A stretch of DNA of 64,000 bases from the human T2T-CHM13v2.0 reference genome, Homo sapiens. Positions 1-14,756 of the stretch are shown here, piece by piece (the first letter of the stretch is position 1; the number at the start of each line of letters is the position of its first letter). The notes beneath the pieces were generated by a model, which made no database searches, was not told where the DNA came from, and saw only the letters and a program-made list of their open reading frames with translations. The position numbers and the translations under genes were made by a program. The stretch is from NCBI RefSeq assembly GCF_009914755.1, contig NC_060925.1, one strand, 5' to 3'.

Positions 1-3000
1 TGGAACATGGAGAAAATCCCTGCTCCCAGCTGATGTCAGAGGCGCCCCAGTCTTTGTCGCTCAGGCCTGCGTGTCTCTGTCTGTCCTGCAGCCCATGCCC
101 TTGGTGGCCCACTCTGGCTGCTCTTCCGGACCTTCTTCATCCTCATAGGGATCTCCCCTCCCTCCTGGGGAGCAGCAACCAGAGCCACACTTGGCCTCCT
201 AAGTCTGGGGTCCCAGACTGGATACAGGGCTCTGTATCCAGGCAGGAGGACTGGCCTCACCGTGACCTCCGTCTCCAGCCTGCCGGCCAGGAGTGCCCAT
301 CATGGCCTCAGGCCTTTGGCATTCTTCCTTGATGCTGCAGTTCCCCTCTGCTCCTCTGTGACCCTATTGAGTTTCCCCAGGTCCGGCCAACCAAACACTG
401 CCATATGGGGGAGAGTTACATTTCCTGTGTGTGTGTCAAAATATCTGAGCGGATGTGAAATACATCAGACATGTATAAAAATAAACTTTTACAGGGTGAC
501 TGACTACTCCCCTCCAAGGAGAACCAGCGATTCACTCTTCATCTGGGGCCCAGAAACTTAGCTGGGGCCTTGGGGACCACTCCCCATGCCTGGCTCCTCA
601 CGGCCATCCTGCTTCACTTCCTTGGGCTCTGGGCCAGCTCCTCTCCCGGAAAGCATTCTCCCCAGGGCTCTGCTGGTGTGTAAACCCCTCCCCAATAGGC
701 ATGAAGTTAGCAAGTCACCTCTCTGGGCCCCAGTTTCTTGATGGGTGTGGTAGGGGGTTGCTTTTTCAGCTCGCCGTTGTCTCTGACAATCCACGACTCA
801 CAGCCTGTGACTCCCCAGTCTAGGCTACGGCAGGACCATCCAGTCACCTATTCTGGTTTGCAGGAAGCAACATCCCCAGCCTTATATCAGAAATTTCTCC
901 CTAAATGTAATTCTTAGTCATTCCAGACTCAGATGCCACCCCTTGCAGAGAAGTAGGGGAGGGGTCAGGTGTAAGTGGGAGCTTGAGGGGGTGCACGGTG
1001 GTTTTGGATAGCTCTGGAGATTCCTGCCTTGACCACTCTGAGACCCTGAAGCAGCTTGGACAGAAGACCCTATCTGTTAACCTATGTGATTCCTACCAGA
1101 TCCCATTCTAGGGCCGTTGGTTCCTGTCTGGTAAAGAATCCGGTCTGGCCGTGACAACTGCCTTTGCCCAGCCAAGGGGCTGGAGGGTCCCAGTTCTGAA
1201 GACTCAATGCCTGGCACATAAGCTTAGTCAGGACCCAGAGGCAGAGTGCTAATTTCTGTTTCCCTGCAGCCCCATCCTGGTTGGAGGGCTCTTCTTCCTT
1301 CCCAACTGGGCTACCAGCAGGCAGGGAGGGAGGCCAGGGCCACCCCACATGACTCTCCCACCTTGTTTCCTGGCCTCTGGGACATCACTGCAGATGCACC
1401 ACTCCCAACAGAGTCTGGCGTTGATGGGCAGCTGCCATCCTGCCAGGAACCTGGTGCCAAGAGCTTGGGCTGTGGGACTGGCCCTCAGCCTCAATTCAGC
1501 CAGACCCACCCATCACCTGACCCATGCCCACTGCCTCTCAGGCCTCCTTTGAGTACCTTGTGTTCAGGCCAATTGCAAATGCCAGAGATAGCTTCAGGCC
1601 AGCAGTTATTGAATCTGGGGTCCACGCTTCTGCTGGGTGGGAGACAAAGGGAGGCAGTATTTTGGAGAGGCCAAAGGAGAGGCAGGGCTGACAGCTGGCT
1701 CTCTTGTCTTTCTCTAGTTCTCTCCAGGGCAAAGACCCCACGTAACATTCTTGCCAGCCCCTACCACCCCCAATTCTGGTGCCAGATGCTCTATACTTCC
1801 CACCTTACCATGAGTCCTGTCCCTTCCAAGACACTTAACTCTTAATCAGGTCCCTGTTAATGAAAGTAATGGGGTGACTTGTCTGTGGGTCCTAGGAGCA
1901 TTTATTAGGTAATAAACTTAATGTACAAAAGGTAGTCAGTCCAGTGTGATATTCTTGCAGTGGAAGAGGCACTTCAGGGCAGAAGCTCATATTGGTGACC
2001 CCTGGGATGGCCATCAGCTAGGATATGAGGCTGCTGGTCCAACAGGTAGTCACTTGGGTTTTGATACCAGGAATGACTCCACTGAAGTAGTTCTGATGGT
2101 CTGCTATGGAGCTTGAGGCAGCCCCTGATCGGACCCGTTTTTCCATACAGTCCATGCTGCTCATGGGACCATCCAATCAGCTGTTGGCTGGATTTAAATA
2201 TTCTCCCTCTTGCTTTTGGCTCCAGCTTGTTCTGATGAGTGGCTGCATGTGGCTAGTGCTACCAGCTAGAGGAGCAGGAAGTCAAACAAAATAATAGGCC
2301 AACCCTAACTGTAACCCTAACCCAACATCCCACCTGCCAACTGGACTTCCTTGGGGTTAATCAAGCCTAAGTCAAATCCAAGTTTACTAGCCCCTTGTTC
2401 TGTTCAGCTGTAGTTTAGTCTCTCTTCCCCTAACAGAGATCTGTCTTACAGGTAGCTCAGTTCCCCCAAGCCCAGCTTTACTCTGTTCCCAGCTTTCTCA
2501 CTCTTTTTCCCTTGTTCCTTCATTTTGGTCTTGGCTTCCTCTGGGGCAGATGTCATGCAGCTTGTTCCATGTCATCTTCTCTGGCAGGAGCCTGCTTTCC
2601 TCAACTGACAGAAGGGGTCTTGTTAGCAGGAATCTCACCCAAGGACTCGCCTTAGCACCCTTAGGCCAAGAGTCAGGCTGAAAGGCTAGCACAAGCTGCC
2701 CTGGTGAAAGACCAGCCTTTGTATCTCGCCAGGAGCAACAAGGACTCTCTCTGGTCCTGCACGATCCATGTGGCAGCATCTTTAGATTGGCCACTGGCTT
2801 CTCCACCCACACCTGGCTGTAGACTTGCAAGACCAGCAAGAGCAGGAGGTGTTCAGGGCAGGGCTTTGTGGGCCCCTTCTTGGTCCTGGCTTTTAATGCA
2901 TCGTGTTTGATCTTTGCCACGTGGTGGAGGGTTCCTGTCGCTCTGGTTGATGACACAGATCTTCAAGGAAGCAGTCACCCCTGTAGGAAGGGGAACATTT

Positions 3001-3248
3001 ATCAAAGCCATTCCCAGGGGGGGTGCCTGCCAAGTCTAGGCCCTCAGCTGGACCTTTGTAGAATGTCCAGAATATAGCTACCATTCTGCCTGGCCCAGGA
3101 GGCCCTCTGCTTCTCCATCTAATCTGGCCTAGATGGGAAGAAATCTTTTTTTTTTCCTTATTCTTGCAACCAAGATAAAATTGTAGATTTTTCAGGAAGC
3201 ACTTTAAGAGGAAACAAAAGGGAAAAAAGTACTCAAGAACCACATGGA

Positions 3249-3299
3249 GGCCAGTGGCTCATGCCTATAATCCCAGCACTTTTATCATCCTGAGGCAGG
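3249..3299 (+). mobile_element. Alu 5' remnant (~50 bp)
   Basis: ggccagtggctcatgcctataatcccagcacttt...tgaggcagga is the Alu head, broken off by a fold-back junction. Confidence 0.8.
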
Positions 3300-3312
3300 A
3301 TGATAAAATTGT

Positions 3313-3509
3313 AGCGATCCTCCTGCCTCAGCCTCCTCAGTAGCTGGGACTATAGACACACACTACCATGCTCTGCTAATTTTGGTATTTTTATACAGAT
3401 GGGGTTTCGCCTTGTTGCCCAGGCTGGTCTTAAACTCCTGGGTTCAAGCCATCTGCCTCTTGGCCTCCCAAAGTGCTGGGATTAGAGGTGTGAGCCACCA
3501 CGCCCAGCC
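3313..3509 (-). mobile_element. Alu (J-like), 3'-truncated
   Basis: agcgatcctcctgcctcagcctcc...ctcccaaagtgctgggatt...gagccaccacgcccagcc, lacking the distal right arm and poly(A). Confidence 0.9.
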
Positions 3510-6500
3510 TGTTTGGTATGTTTAAATGCATGGCAGTCCCACAGCTACAGGTTGAAGCAGACTACTTTTTGCCAGCTGAAATCACACAGCCCAGAGTGCA
3601 GACGGGCACAGGAGATGCCCCTGTGTTGATCATGATTAAAGCACCCTTAACAGAGATGATGGGCCACCAGCCACACCATGGGCAGTGTCTCCTCCAGGGC
3701 ACACCAGAGAAGGCCATGAGGGAGGGAGAAACTCACTCTTGGCACCATAACACTGGCTGGGGTCCTGGTGTTCCGAGAGCCCCAGTGGAGCTCAGAGACA
3801 GTGTGGGAAAGAAAGCCCCCTGCTGATCCCAGCTTAGGTTAGCAGGGCATGTGTGTACGTGCGTTTGCGTGTGCGTGTGCATGTGTGTGTAAGACAGAGT
3901 GAGTGATAGCTGTGGGCTGCTCCTTGGGGACTCCTGTGCTTGTGCCCTGCAGGGATGCAGAAGTCTTGGCTCCAGGAAAGAGCTCTTCTGTGAAGGTGAC
4001 GGCCCTGCCTGTTTCCTGACTGCCTCGCCTCTCACTCCTTTGCTGCACTCCAGCTCACCGAGTCCCACACTTCCACATGGACTTGCGTGTGCTGGGCCCT
4101 CAGTCAGGGCATCCTTCTTCATCAGGGCAACTCCTGTTCCTCCTTCACACCCACCCAAGCTCCCTCCCAGGTGAAGCCTGTGATCAGGGCCCACCTCCTG
4201 CTGGAGTTAGAACTTCTTTGCCTCCATAGTAAAGTTTACTATCCTGTTCCTGCTTCAGGGCCAGGCGATGTCTGTGCTCAGACCACGACCCCGAAGAGGA
4301 GGGCAGGAGTATGGCTGGTGATCTGCAGGAGGAGGGGGCTGGTCTCCACGTGAGACCTTGTGCCCAGGCCCCAGGCTGGCTTGGTTGGTGTCAGCTGCTG
4401 GACTGGCTGGTGAGGTCACCAGTGACATCTAGTGGTCACAGCAGGCTACAGCCCGGTGAGGTTTTCCAGCAGTTGTGAGTTCCATGTGGTCTCTGGAGCC
4501 AGGTTTCTGATCTGCTCCCAGCCAGTGTCTGACTTCTCCAGGGCTCTGGGACACCAGCACAGGGCAGGACTTAGGTTGTCTGGTGTGAGGACTGAGGCCT
4601 TTCAGATATTGGACTACCCACTGTCAGCCAGAGAGGGCTGGGACTGTAAGTGATGTCCCCTGGGCTCCTGTGGCCCCATGAGATCTGCTGCCTTCCTCCT
4701 GCTCCAGCTCCTTGGCCCTGCAGGCCCCAGGCTCAGGTTCACCTGGGCCTCGGCTCCCTGAGACCCGGGAAGGGAGGAGGCTTTAGGGCCCTCATGGGAG
4801 AAGCCCCAAACCCATTTTGGTGCAGCTGCTGAGACAGCCAATGCCAGCCAGTGGATGACAGGCAGGGAGTGGGCCATACCTACTGAGCACCTACTATGTG
4901 CCAGGCACTATGGAGGGCAGCCTGGGTCAGGGGCCACCTAAAGAGCTGCCGGTCCTGTCCTATGCTAGGCCTGACAGGGCACAAAGCAGCCCTCTTCCTC
5001 AAAGGGGTAAGAGGTCCCTGATGACAGCAACAGGAGGTGGCACAGGCTGAGTGGGGTCTCCAGCAGCATAGTGGTGGGCCTGGGGCAGCCCTTGCCACAG
5101 GGCTGTGTCTGGTGACCTGCCAGTCTTCACCTCACCATTGCAGGTGCAGGCACATCATGGGCGCTCGAGACACACTGTTGAGTGATGCGGCTATATGGGC
5201 TGGAGGCAGCAGGTTATGCTGGGGACCACAGCTTTGTGCTCTCAGCTTCCCAGATTCCACTTTCTCTACCAAAGTTTCCCCGTGAACCATTTGCAGACTG
5301 TAAGGAGAGCGGGGAGGACTGTGTTCTTAGAAGGGAGGCCTGTAGCGCTACTGACTGCACTTGGTTTGCATGAACTGTCCCTTCATGCTCCTGCTTCTCC
5401 CACCCCGCGCCCACCCCAGTTCTTTCCTTTTCTACCTTCTTCCCTGGTGCTGCTCCCCTGCCTGCACTTTTTATCCCATCCCCTTTCCGTTGTGTCCCTT
5501 CCACTGTTCACCCCTTTCCAAGCACTTCCTACACTCGGCTTTCTTATTCTCCATTCCTTCTCCGTTTCTCTGTCTTGCTTTTGCTCTCCTTCTCTGTCTC
5601 CCCAGGTTCTGCTCCATCCCAGGCACCTTCCTTGGAAGGCCAGCCTGACATCATTAAAGTGCAATAACTTCATCATTTTCCAGGGAGTGAGGTGGGCAGA
5701 GGCTATAGTTTATCTTCTATATGAGCCTTTCCTGTGGCCCCTGGGAGTGGTTGTGAACTTCCCACCTCCTGGGGCCCCTCTCAGCAGTCAGCAAAGGCCT
5801 CTGCTTGCCGACCTGTGCAAGCAGTGGGGCCCACCCCGGCCTGTGGGGATTCACACTTTGGGCACAGTTCTAGGCACAGTGGGATCTTCATTCACTGTCG
5901 AGGGGTGACAGTAAGAGCTGCCGTTTACATTTATCAATTAAATCTATACGTCTGGGTGTCTTCATGGGTTGGATGCTGTGTGAGGTCCTGGGGGTATGGC
6001 CTACCTATTTTGGCCCTCACAGCAACCCTGCAAGGGAGGCTGGGCAGTGACCACACTCCCGTTAGACAGAGGAGGAAAATGGGGCTCAAGGAACAGGATT
6101 GCTCAAGGCAGGCCCCAGGCCGGCAGCTGGACACTTGGCTTTTATCCTGAGGAGTTCACACCCTCAGCATTCAATGTCCAGTCCGTCTGCTCAGGAGATT
6201 GCAAAGGGCTTCTGAGGAACCCAGATGTTCACAGACCTGTTCCGAAGCACCCTCCCACGCCCATCCATCTTCCCTGCCGGACATTGTGCTTGTTTCCCAG
6301 TGACACAAATTGCATTTGCAGTTGTTTTCAAGATAGCCTAATACTATCCAGCACTGTCTGCACACATTGATTCCTTTCCCCAAGTCACCAGACCCACTCA
6401 TTCCCAATAATCTTCCCCCCTAATTATGGCAATCATTGTCTGATTGCATGCTCCGATTACACAATTACATTTTCTAATGCTAATTGCATAATTATCACAA

Positions 6501-7409
6501 GCAATTACATGGGAAAACATAAAATTTCCAGGCTCCAAATGTGATTTGAGGGTCCAGCAAAGTGCCCCCACTGTCCCCCTTAGGAAAGGCAATGGGGTCT
6601 CCTGGGCACAGACACAGCAGCTGGGTAGTGACCATCTCTCTCGGCTTCTCTGGGCACCACTAATTCTGAAGCTTCTATCTTCATGGCCCAACTAGGACTC
6701 TCTAGAACAGGTAGCCTGGTTTAGAAAGTGTGGCCCAGCAGATATGACTCTCTAAGCCCCAGTCACAAGGGCCCCTGCCTGCACGCAGCCGCTGGTCTGG
6801 GAGAAACAAAGCCTGAGCTGTGGTGCTCATGTGCTTCTAGAAGCCCAGGCCCAATATGTCTTCTTCAGTGGCTTCCAGTGTCCTGGGCAGTGTCTGGCTG
6901 GGTGGATGGGTCTGAGGAAGAGATGCTGGAGGCAGGCAGTTGATTTTCATCTTTCTGCTTTGCTCAGGACATCTCCCATGGTGTGGCCCCAATCCTGTCC
7001 ATCTGATGGTTTGTCCACCACTGAGTCCTCCCCTCTAGAGGCTGGGAGTGCCCACATGGCCAAGGAGAAACCTCATCCATCCCCCTGCTCCCTCTGCAGA
7101 GAGGCCCTGCAGTAAGAGAGTCCACAGGTCTCCCCCACACTGTATGTACAGGTACATTTACAAATTCTATCTTATTTCAAATGCACCAGGGGAGCTGGCT
7201 ATTTAAAGAAATGCTATAGAAGATCCTTTGGTAAAGACTGGCCTCACTTTCTGATTGATTTTTTATGTAATTTTGTATTTTCATCTCTCTAGGGCAGGAG
7301 GTGGGGGTGAGAGAGAGGCTGCAGGCGGGTTTATGTCTTTCCACAGCCTGCTGCACTGGACCTGCCCTGCATGCCCCTGGATGGCTCAATGTGTCTCAAT
7401 TTTATCTTC

Positions 7410-8711
<1,302 letters not shown>

Positions 8712-9403
8712 CCATGGGTATCTTCACCAGCTGCTCTTGGCTGCCAGCTTCCAAAGACAGGGACAGAGCTTGCAGCCACCTTTGGGCGGAGTTCAGGGCT
8801 GGGTGCTGTGGAAGGGCAGTTCAGGAAAGTCCAAGGATGTTGACAACAGCATCATGCCACTGTAGCTTCCAGGCAGGTGGAAAAGGAAAGGAGGTTAGGT
8901 GGGAGGGAGGGAGAAGGTGAGTGAGAAGAAGGGCACAGTCGAGCACAGAGCTGGTGAGAGTTGAGGGGATCCCTGACAAAATCAGCCCACTGGCTGCGAG
9001 ACGTTATTCAGGTCTTCTCCAAAGTTGCTCAGTTCTAAAATGAGACAATACTTTCCTCCCAGGCTAAATTGTGACAACATATATAAAGGGCTTGACCCAG
9101 AAGGCCTTCAGCAATGTGTTGCACTGAAAACTGCCAAATGCTGCAGAAGTTGCAGACACAGAGGAGGCCCAATCAGTGTCCTTTTTCATATTCACCTTTG
9201 AGCCGGGGGTGCCTGCTCAGGGCCTGGGCCACAAAAGGCACTGAGCAGAGATTTGTTTAGGAGGCAACATGAGGTAACAGTGAAGACAAGAGCAATTCTG
9301 CCTGCTTGCTGTAGGATCAGCCAAGCCTCCACTTTCTCCTCTGGCAGATGGAGATCATGGCAGTGCCTGCCTCATAGGTTGAGAGGATTCAATTAGGCAG
9401 GCC

Positions 9404-10131
<728 letters not shown>

Positions 10132-10484
10132 AGCGTGTAAAGTGCTTGACAGAAAGAGGACGCTTGATAAATGCTAGCCAGCTCACTAGTGTGAAAGTGT
10201 CATGAAGGCAGAAGTCATCCATCTGAATATGACTGTCTCCCCAGGTCCAGGTGCTGGCACAGAGGTGGCACCTAATACACATGTGTTGAAGAAATCAATA
10301 GACATGCTCCTCCCACCACCCTGTCCTTTCCCTCCCTCCCTTTCCCTAGTCTCACTCTCATTTCCCCCAGTCCCACATTTTCTTTCCTAGTGCTCTTTTT
10401 CTCCTCTCGTGGAGGAAGGATGCTCTGGGCCCAAATACCCCTTTGCTGTCCCAAAAGTTCCACTCTGGAAATGAGCCCCCCCGC

Positions 10485-10570
10485 AGCATTGTGACATCAC
10501 CGTGCACTAGCCAATGGCTGCCTGCCTAAGCTGGGTCCCTGGTCTCCTGGGACTACTAGCCCTTTGTTGA
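10485..10570 (+). promoter_or_regulatory. UBL4B: Putative UBL4B proximal promoter: CRE-like TGACATCA (10492-10499) and NF-Y CCAAT box (agCCAATgg, 10511-10515), TATA-less
   Basis: Both motifs read directly in unique sequence 140-170 bp upstream of the ATG. Variant CREs are typical of CREM-tau-driven spermatid promoters. TSS position is inferred. Confidence 0.55.
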
Positions 10571-10628
10571 TAGGGAGAAGCCAACATCTCCCGCAGGACC
10601 CCCTAATCTTCAGGGCAGCTCCCAGAGC

Positions 10629-10643
10629 ATGGATCCCTCCTGA
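10629..10643 (+). other. Upstream mini-ORF (MDPS*) in the UBL4B 5' leader
   Basis: agcATGgatccctccTGA has A at -3 and G at +4, is out of frame, and ends 14 nt before the main ATG, whose context is weak (ccgATGt). It counts only if the TSS lies upstream of 10629. Confidence 0.6.
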
Positions 10644-10657
10644 TTCCACTCAGCCCG

Positions 10658-11182
10658 ATGTTCCTCACAGTCAAGCTGCTCCTGGGCCAGAGATGCAGTC
10701 TGAAGGTGTCAGGGCAAGAGAGTGTAGCCACGCTGAAGAGACTGGTGTCCAGGCGGCTGAAGGTGCCTGAGGAGCAGCAGCACCTGCTTTTCCGTGGCCA
10801 GCTCCTGGAGGATGACAAGCACCTCTCTGACTACTGCATTGGGCCCAATGCCTCTATCAATGTCATCATGCAGCCCTTGGAGAAGATGGCGCTAAAGGAG
10901 GCCCACCAGCCGCAGACCCAGCCCCTGTGGCACCAGCTGGGACTGGTCCTAGCTAAACACTTTGAACCACAGGATGCCAAGGCCGTGCTGCAGCTGCTAA
11001 GGCAGGAGCACGAGGAGCGCCTGCAGAAGATAAGCCTGGAGCACCTGGAGCAGCTGGCCCAGTACCTCCTGGCAGAGGAGCCTCACGTGGAGCCAGCTGG
11101 AGAGAGGGAGCTTGAGGCGAAGGCACGGCCTCAGAGCTCCTGTGACATGGAGGAGAAGGAGGAGGCAGCAGCTGATCAGTAA
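10658..11182 (+). CDS. UBL4B: Ubiquitin-like protein 4B (174 aa), intronless testis retrogene of X-linked UBL4A
   Basis: ATG 10658 to TAA 11182. N-terminal ubiquitin fold (MFLTVKLLLGQ...QHLLFRGQLLED..LSDYCI) with no di-Gly. C-terminal WHQLGLVLAKHF...ISLEHLEQLAQYLL matches the UBL4A TUGS (BAG6-binding) helix. Single exon; sequence and length recognised as human UBL4B. Confidence 0.97.
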   Translation: MFLTVKLLLGQRCSLKVSGQESVATLKRLVSRRLKVPEEQQHLLFRGQLLEDDKHLSDYCIGPNASINVIMQPLEKMALKEAHQPQTQPLWHQLGLVLAKHFEPQDAKAVLQLLRQEHEERLQKISLEHLEQLAQYLLAEEPHVEPAGERELEAKARPQSSCDMEEKEEAAADQ

Positions 11183-12045
11183 ACGGGCCATCCTACCCAT
11201 TTGCATGCTAAAATTCTCCCGGCCTCATCCTTACGTGTTCCCTGGTGACTTTTCCTACTACTTCCTGCTGATGTGGATGCGTCCACACCCCTTTTTGAAC
11301 CTTCCAAGCAGCTGGAGGGTTTTTGGATCCCTGTCCCCTCTTGGGCCTGAGGTCCTCCCTCTGAAATGCAGAGTGAACCAACCCTCATCACCATGCTTCC
11401 CCTAGAAGGGTTCTGATCACCGGAGGGCAGCCCCAAAGGCCACAGTCCCCTCCTGTGCTGGCAGCTTTGCCCACACATACCCAGCAGCTCCCCAGGCTGA
11501 AAGCAGCCCTGGCCCAGGGTCTCCATGGTTCTAGGCAGACCCTCTTTCTCCTTCGGGACAGAAAGACAATGTGAGTTCATTTTCCTCCATCCTCAGACCG
11601 TGACATCTCCCCTAGGCTCCCCAGCAGCCAAGAGGAGAGGAATGTCAGGTAGCTGCCCCTTGCCTTCTGGGTGAGGCTGCCCCTGCTGTTCTCCTGCTTG
11701 TGCTTCCAGCTTAAGGGACAGGCACAGCAGAGGTGAGAGTGGGAGGAGGGCACGTACCGGGTGCCAGCCCTGGAGCCCTCAGGGAGACAGACACAGACCA
11801 AGAATAGCAGGAAACTGAGCCTCAGGCAGAAAAAAAGTTCAGCAAAGTCATACACTCCCTGTGGCCAGCGTGAACAGAGCCATGCCCCACCCTCCCAGAC
11901 TGATCAGTCAGTAGGTATCACAGCTCACATTACCTGCCCAGCGCTGCCCAAGGCTCCCTGGAAGGAAAAATGGTATCTGTCAATGAGGATCCTTGCCCTC
12001 ACAGAGCACGCAGCCTAGATGCAGAGAGCTGCTATACATGTGAAA

Positions 12046-12086
12046 AGTAAAGTGGTGACATGAAACTAGAGTCTAGTGTGTGTGAC
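12046..12086 (+). terminator. UBL4B: Probable UBL4B poly(A) signal, variant AGTAAA with downstream GU-rich element
   Basis: AGTAAA at 12046-12051, then tagtgtgtgtgac ~25 nt downstream. This gives a ~1.5-kb mRNA. The next canonical AATAAA I noticed is at 13994. Confidence 0.55.
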
Positions 12087-14013
12087 TGAATGCACGGGGC
12101 CTCACGGGGCCCTGGGTTCAGCATAGAGGGGCCAGTCCCCTGCAGACTACGAGGAAAGCCAGGCCCTTTACTCTGTTCTTTGAGTGAGAGAGTGGCCCTT
12201 GCAGAGGCTGAGGAGTCCCCACACTCTGTGTGTGAGTGGGAGGGAGTGGGGAGCTGTGGTCCCCCATTCACTGCTGAAGCCCCTGAAATGCTGTTATTGC
12301 AAAAGTTTCAGTCCTGAGTGATGGGGATGGAGGGAAGGGGTGGAGGAGAATGTCTTGAACAAGCAGGGCCCCCTTCCCTAGGAAGCATCCTGTCCTTGGC
12401 CTGCAGGGCCCCTCATCCTCTCTTCCAGTCCGAGTCCAGCTGTGTGGCCATGGGTAACCTGCTTTTCCTGTCTGATGCTCAGGTTTCCCACCTGTTGCAT
12501 GGGCATCCTTATAACAGCATCTACTTACCCCATGAGTGTTGGTGACGGTTAGAGGCAAAGACTGTCCAACTGGGAGGGATGTCTTCTAGTGGTGGGCTCA
12601 GCGGCAGTGACAAGGATGGATGTGGAAAGCATTCTGTTTGTGGGAGCCTGCTTAGCAGTGGTCATTCCCTCACCTCGCAGAATAAGACAACCTCGTTCAG
12701 CTTATGACCCAGCTCCTTTCCCAGTGCCCCACCCACTGTCCCAGCCAAGAGAGCAAACTAGGGGCTCTGAGGAGACTAATGACCTCTCCCTGGGGTACCA
12801 AGGACCCAGCACGCACTGGCTGCAGCCAGCACTCCCAGGCTGGGGTTTAGGGGGCTCAAGCCTGCTCCTTGGTTCCTGTCCTGGTCCTGCTCCTGGGCCC
12901 TGCATCCTCAGCAGGGGAGCCCTCTTGACAGTTCTGTGAGTGTTTTCATGCTGGGGCTGTACCATTTGCCAAGGGAGATGAGCCTATTATCTTTACATTA
13001 GGGGAACTAATAGCCCATTTCCCAGGAAATCCGTGAGCGATAAAAATAAGTGGGCCGTTTTATTCCTTTTACTGAGAGAAGCTGGCATGAAGGACAGGGG
13101 AAGCCTTTGTTTTCTCTCTAGTTAGTGGGAGTATCAGGGCTGGCTGAGAGCAGGCCAGGGGAGGCAGCCACCTCCACTGTCTGTCCCCAGCACTGCAGGG
13201 GAGGATGTCTCCAATCCCAAACGGGGAAGAAGGAAAGTTGGTCTGCTCTTCCATGCACCTCCCACTACCGACTTCCCCCATCCCAAGGGCCCTCCTGCCC
13301 CTGTTCCTCCCTTCAAAAGCAGGAGAGAATGCACTGTCACTTGGAACTTAGCAGGAACTTGCACCTATTTGTCACCACTCCCAGGAATGGTCTTACTCAG
13401 TGCTGTGTTTCTCAATGTGGGGTGACAGGCATTGTCCCCTAAAGGATGTTGTTATAGTCATCAGAGAACAGAAGTTAGGAGTGTATTTGAGGGGCTGGGG
13501 CAGGATCAACCCCTAATACTCCAGCGATGGGTTTGGATCTCATCTGTGTTGAGAACACTAGCTCTTGGGCTGCCTGCCATGGGACCCCTCACTTTGCCTA
13601 GTTTTGCCCTATTTCAAACTGAAGCCTGTACCAGTGCACCTGTTGAAGGCTCCCTATTTCCTCTCTGCTTCGCTAGGGAGAAGGCACTTTTTCTAAACTT
13701 CAGCCTTGGGCAGAAACTCTTTCCCCTAACTCCCCACGGCATCTCTCCCCTACCTACCTACAGGTAACAATTTTGCTCATGTTGGGGGCATTTCAGGACA
13801 GCCACCACATCCAGTAGCCAGCTTCGTGTTTCTATCCACAGAGAAATCTAGCTTCTCATCCCAGCTTCTTCCTGGGTCACCTGCAGGCCAACACCCCTCA
13901 GTCCACTGGTCCATGGCAAAATAGTCTTTCTGATAGAAATAGGCAGAGCATCCTGGTCCATGTGCTATTTAGTCAGTCCTTTGCTTTTCGATCAATAAAC
14001 ATATATGGGCCTC

Positions 14014-14666
<653 letters not shown>

Positions 14667-14742
14667 TCCTGCCATGTGGCAGGCTTTGTGCTGAGATTTA
14701 GGCTGGTAGACAAGGAGTCCTGTCTCCTGGACCGAGAGTAGT

Positions 14743-14756
14743 GCGCCCCCTGCTGT
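14743..14756 (-). promoter_or_regulatory. CTCF core motif candidate
   Basis: Minus strand ACAGCAGGGGGCGC matches CCASYAGRKGGCRS at 13/14, with its CpG retained. Confidence 0.5.

Noticed and set aside
1860-2325. Possible ancient LTR on the minus strand and a telomere-like aaccctaactgtaaccctaaccc (2301-2323)
   Set aside because: Family not recognisable, and the hexamer run is too short and degenerate to call an interstitial telomere.
10560-12100. Poly(A) remnant or TSD from the UBL4B retroposition
   Set aside because: None visible, as expected for an old insertion. Retrogene status rests on the missing introns and prior knowledge.
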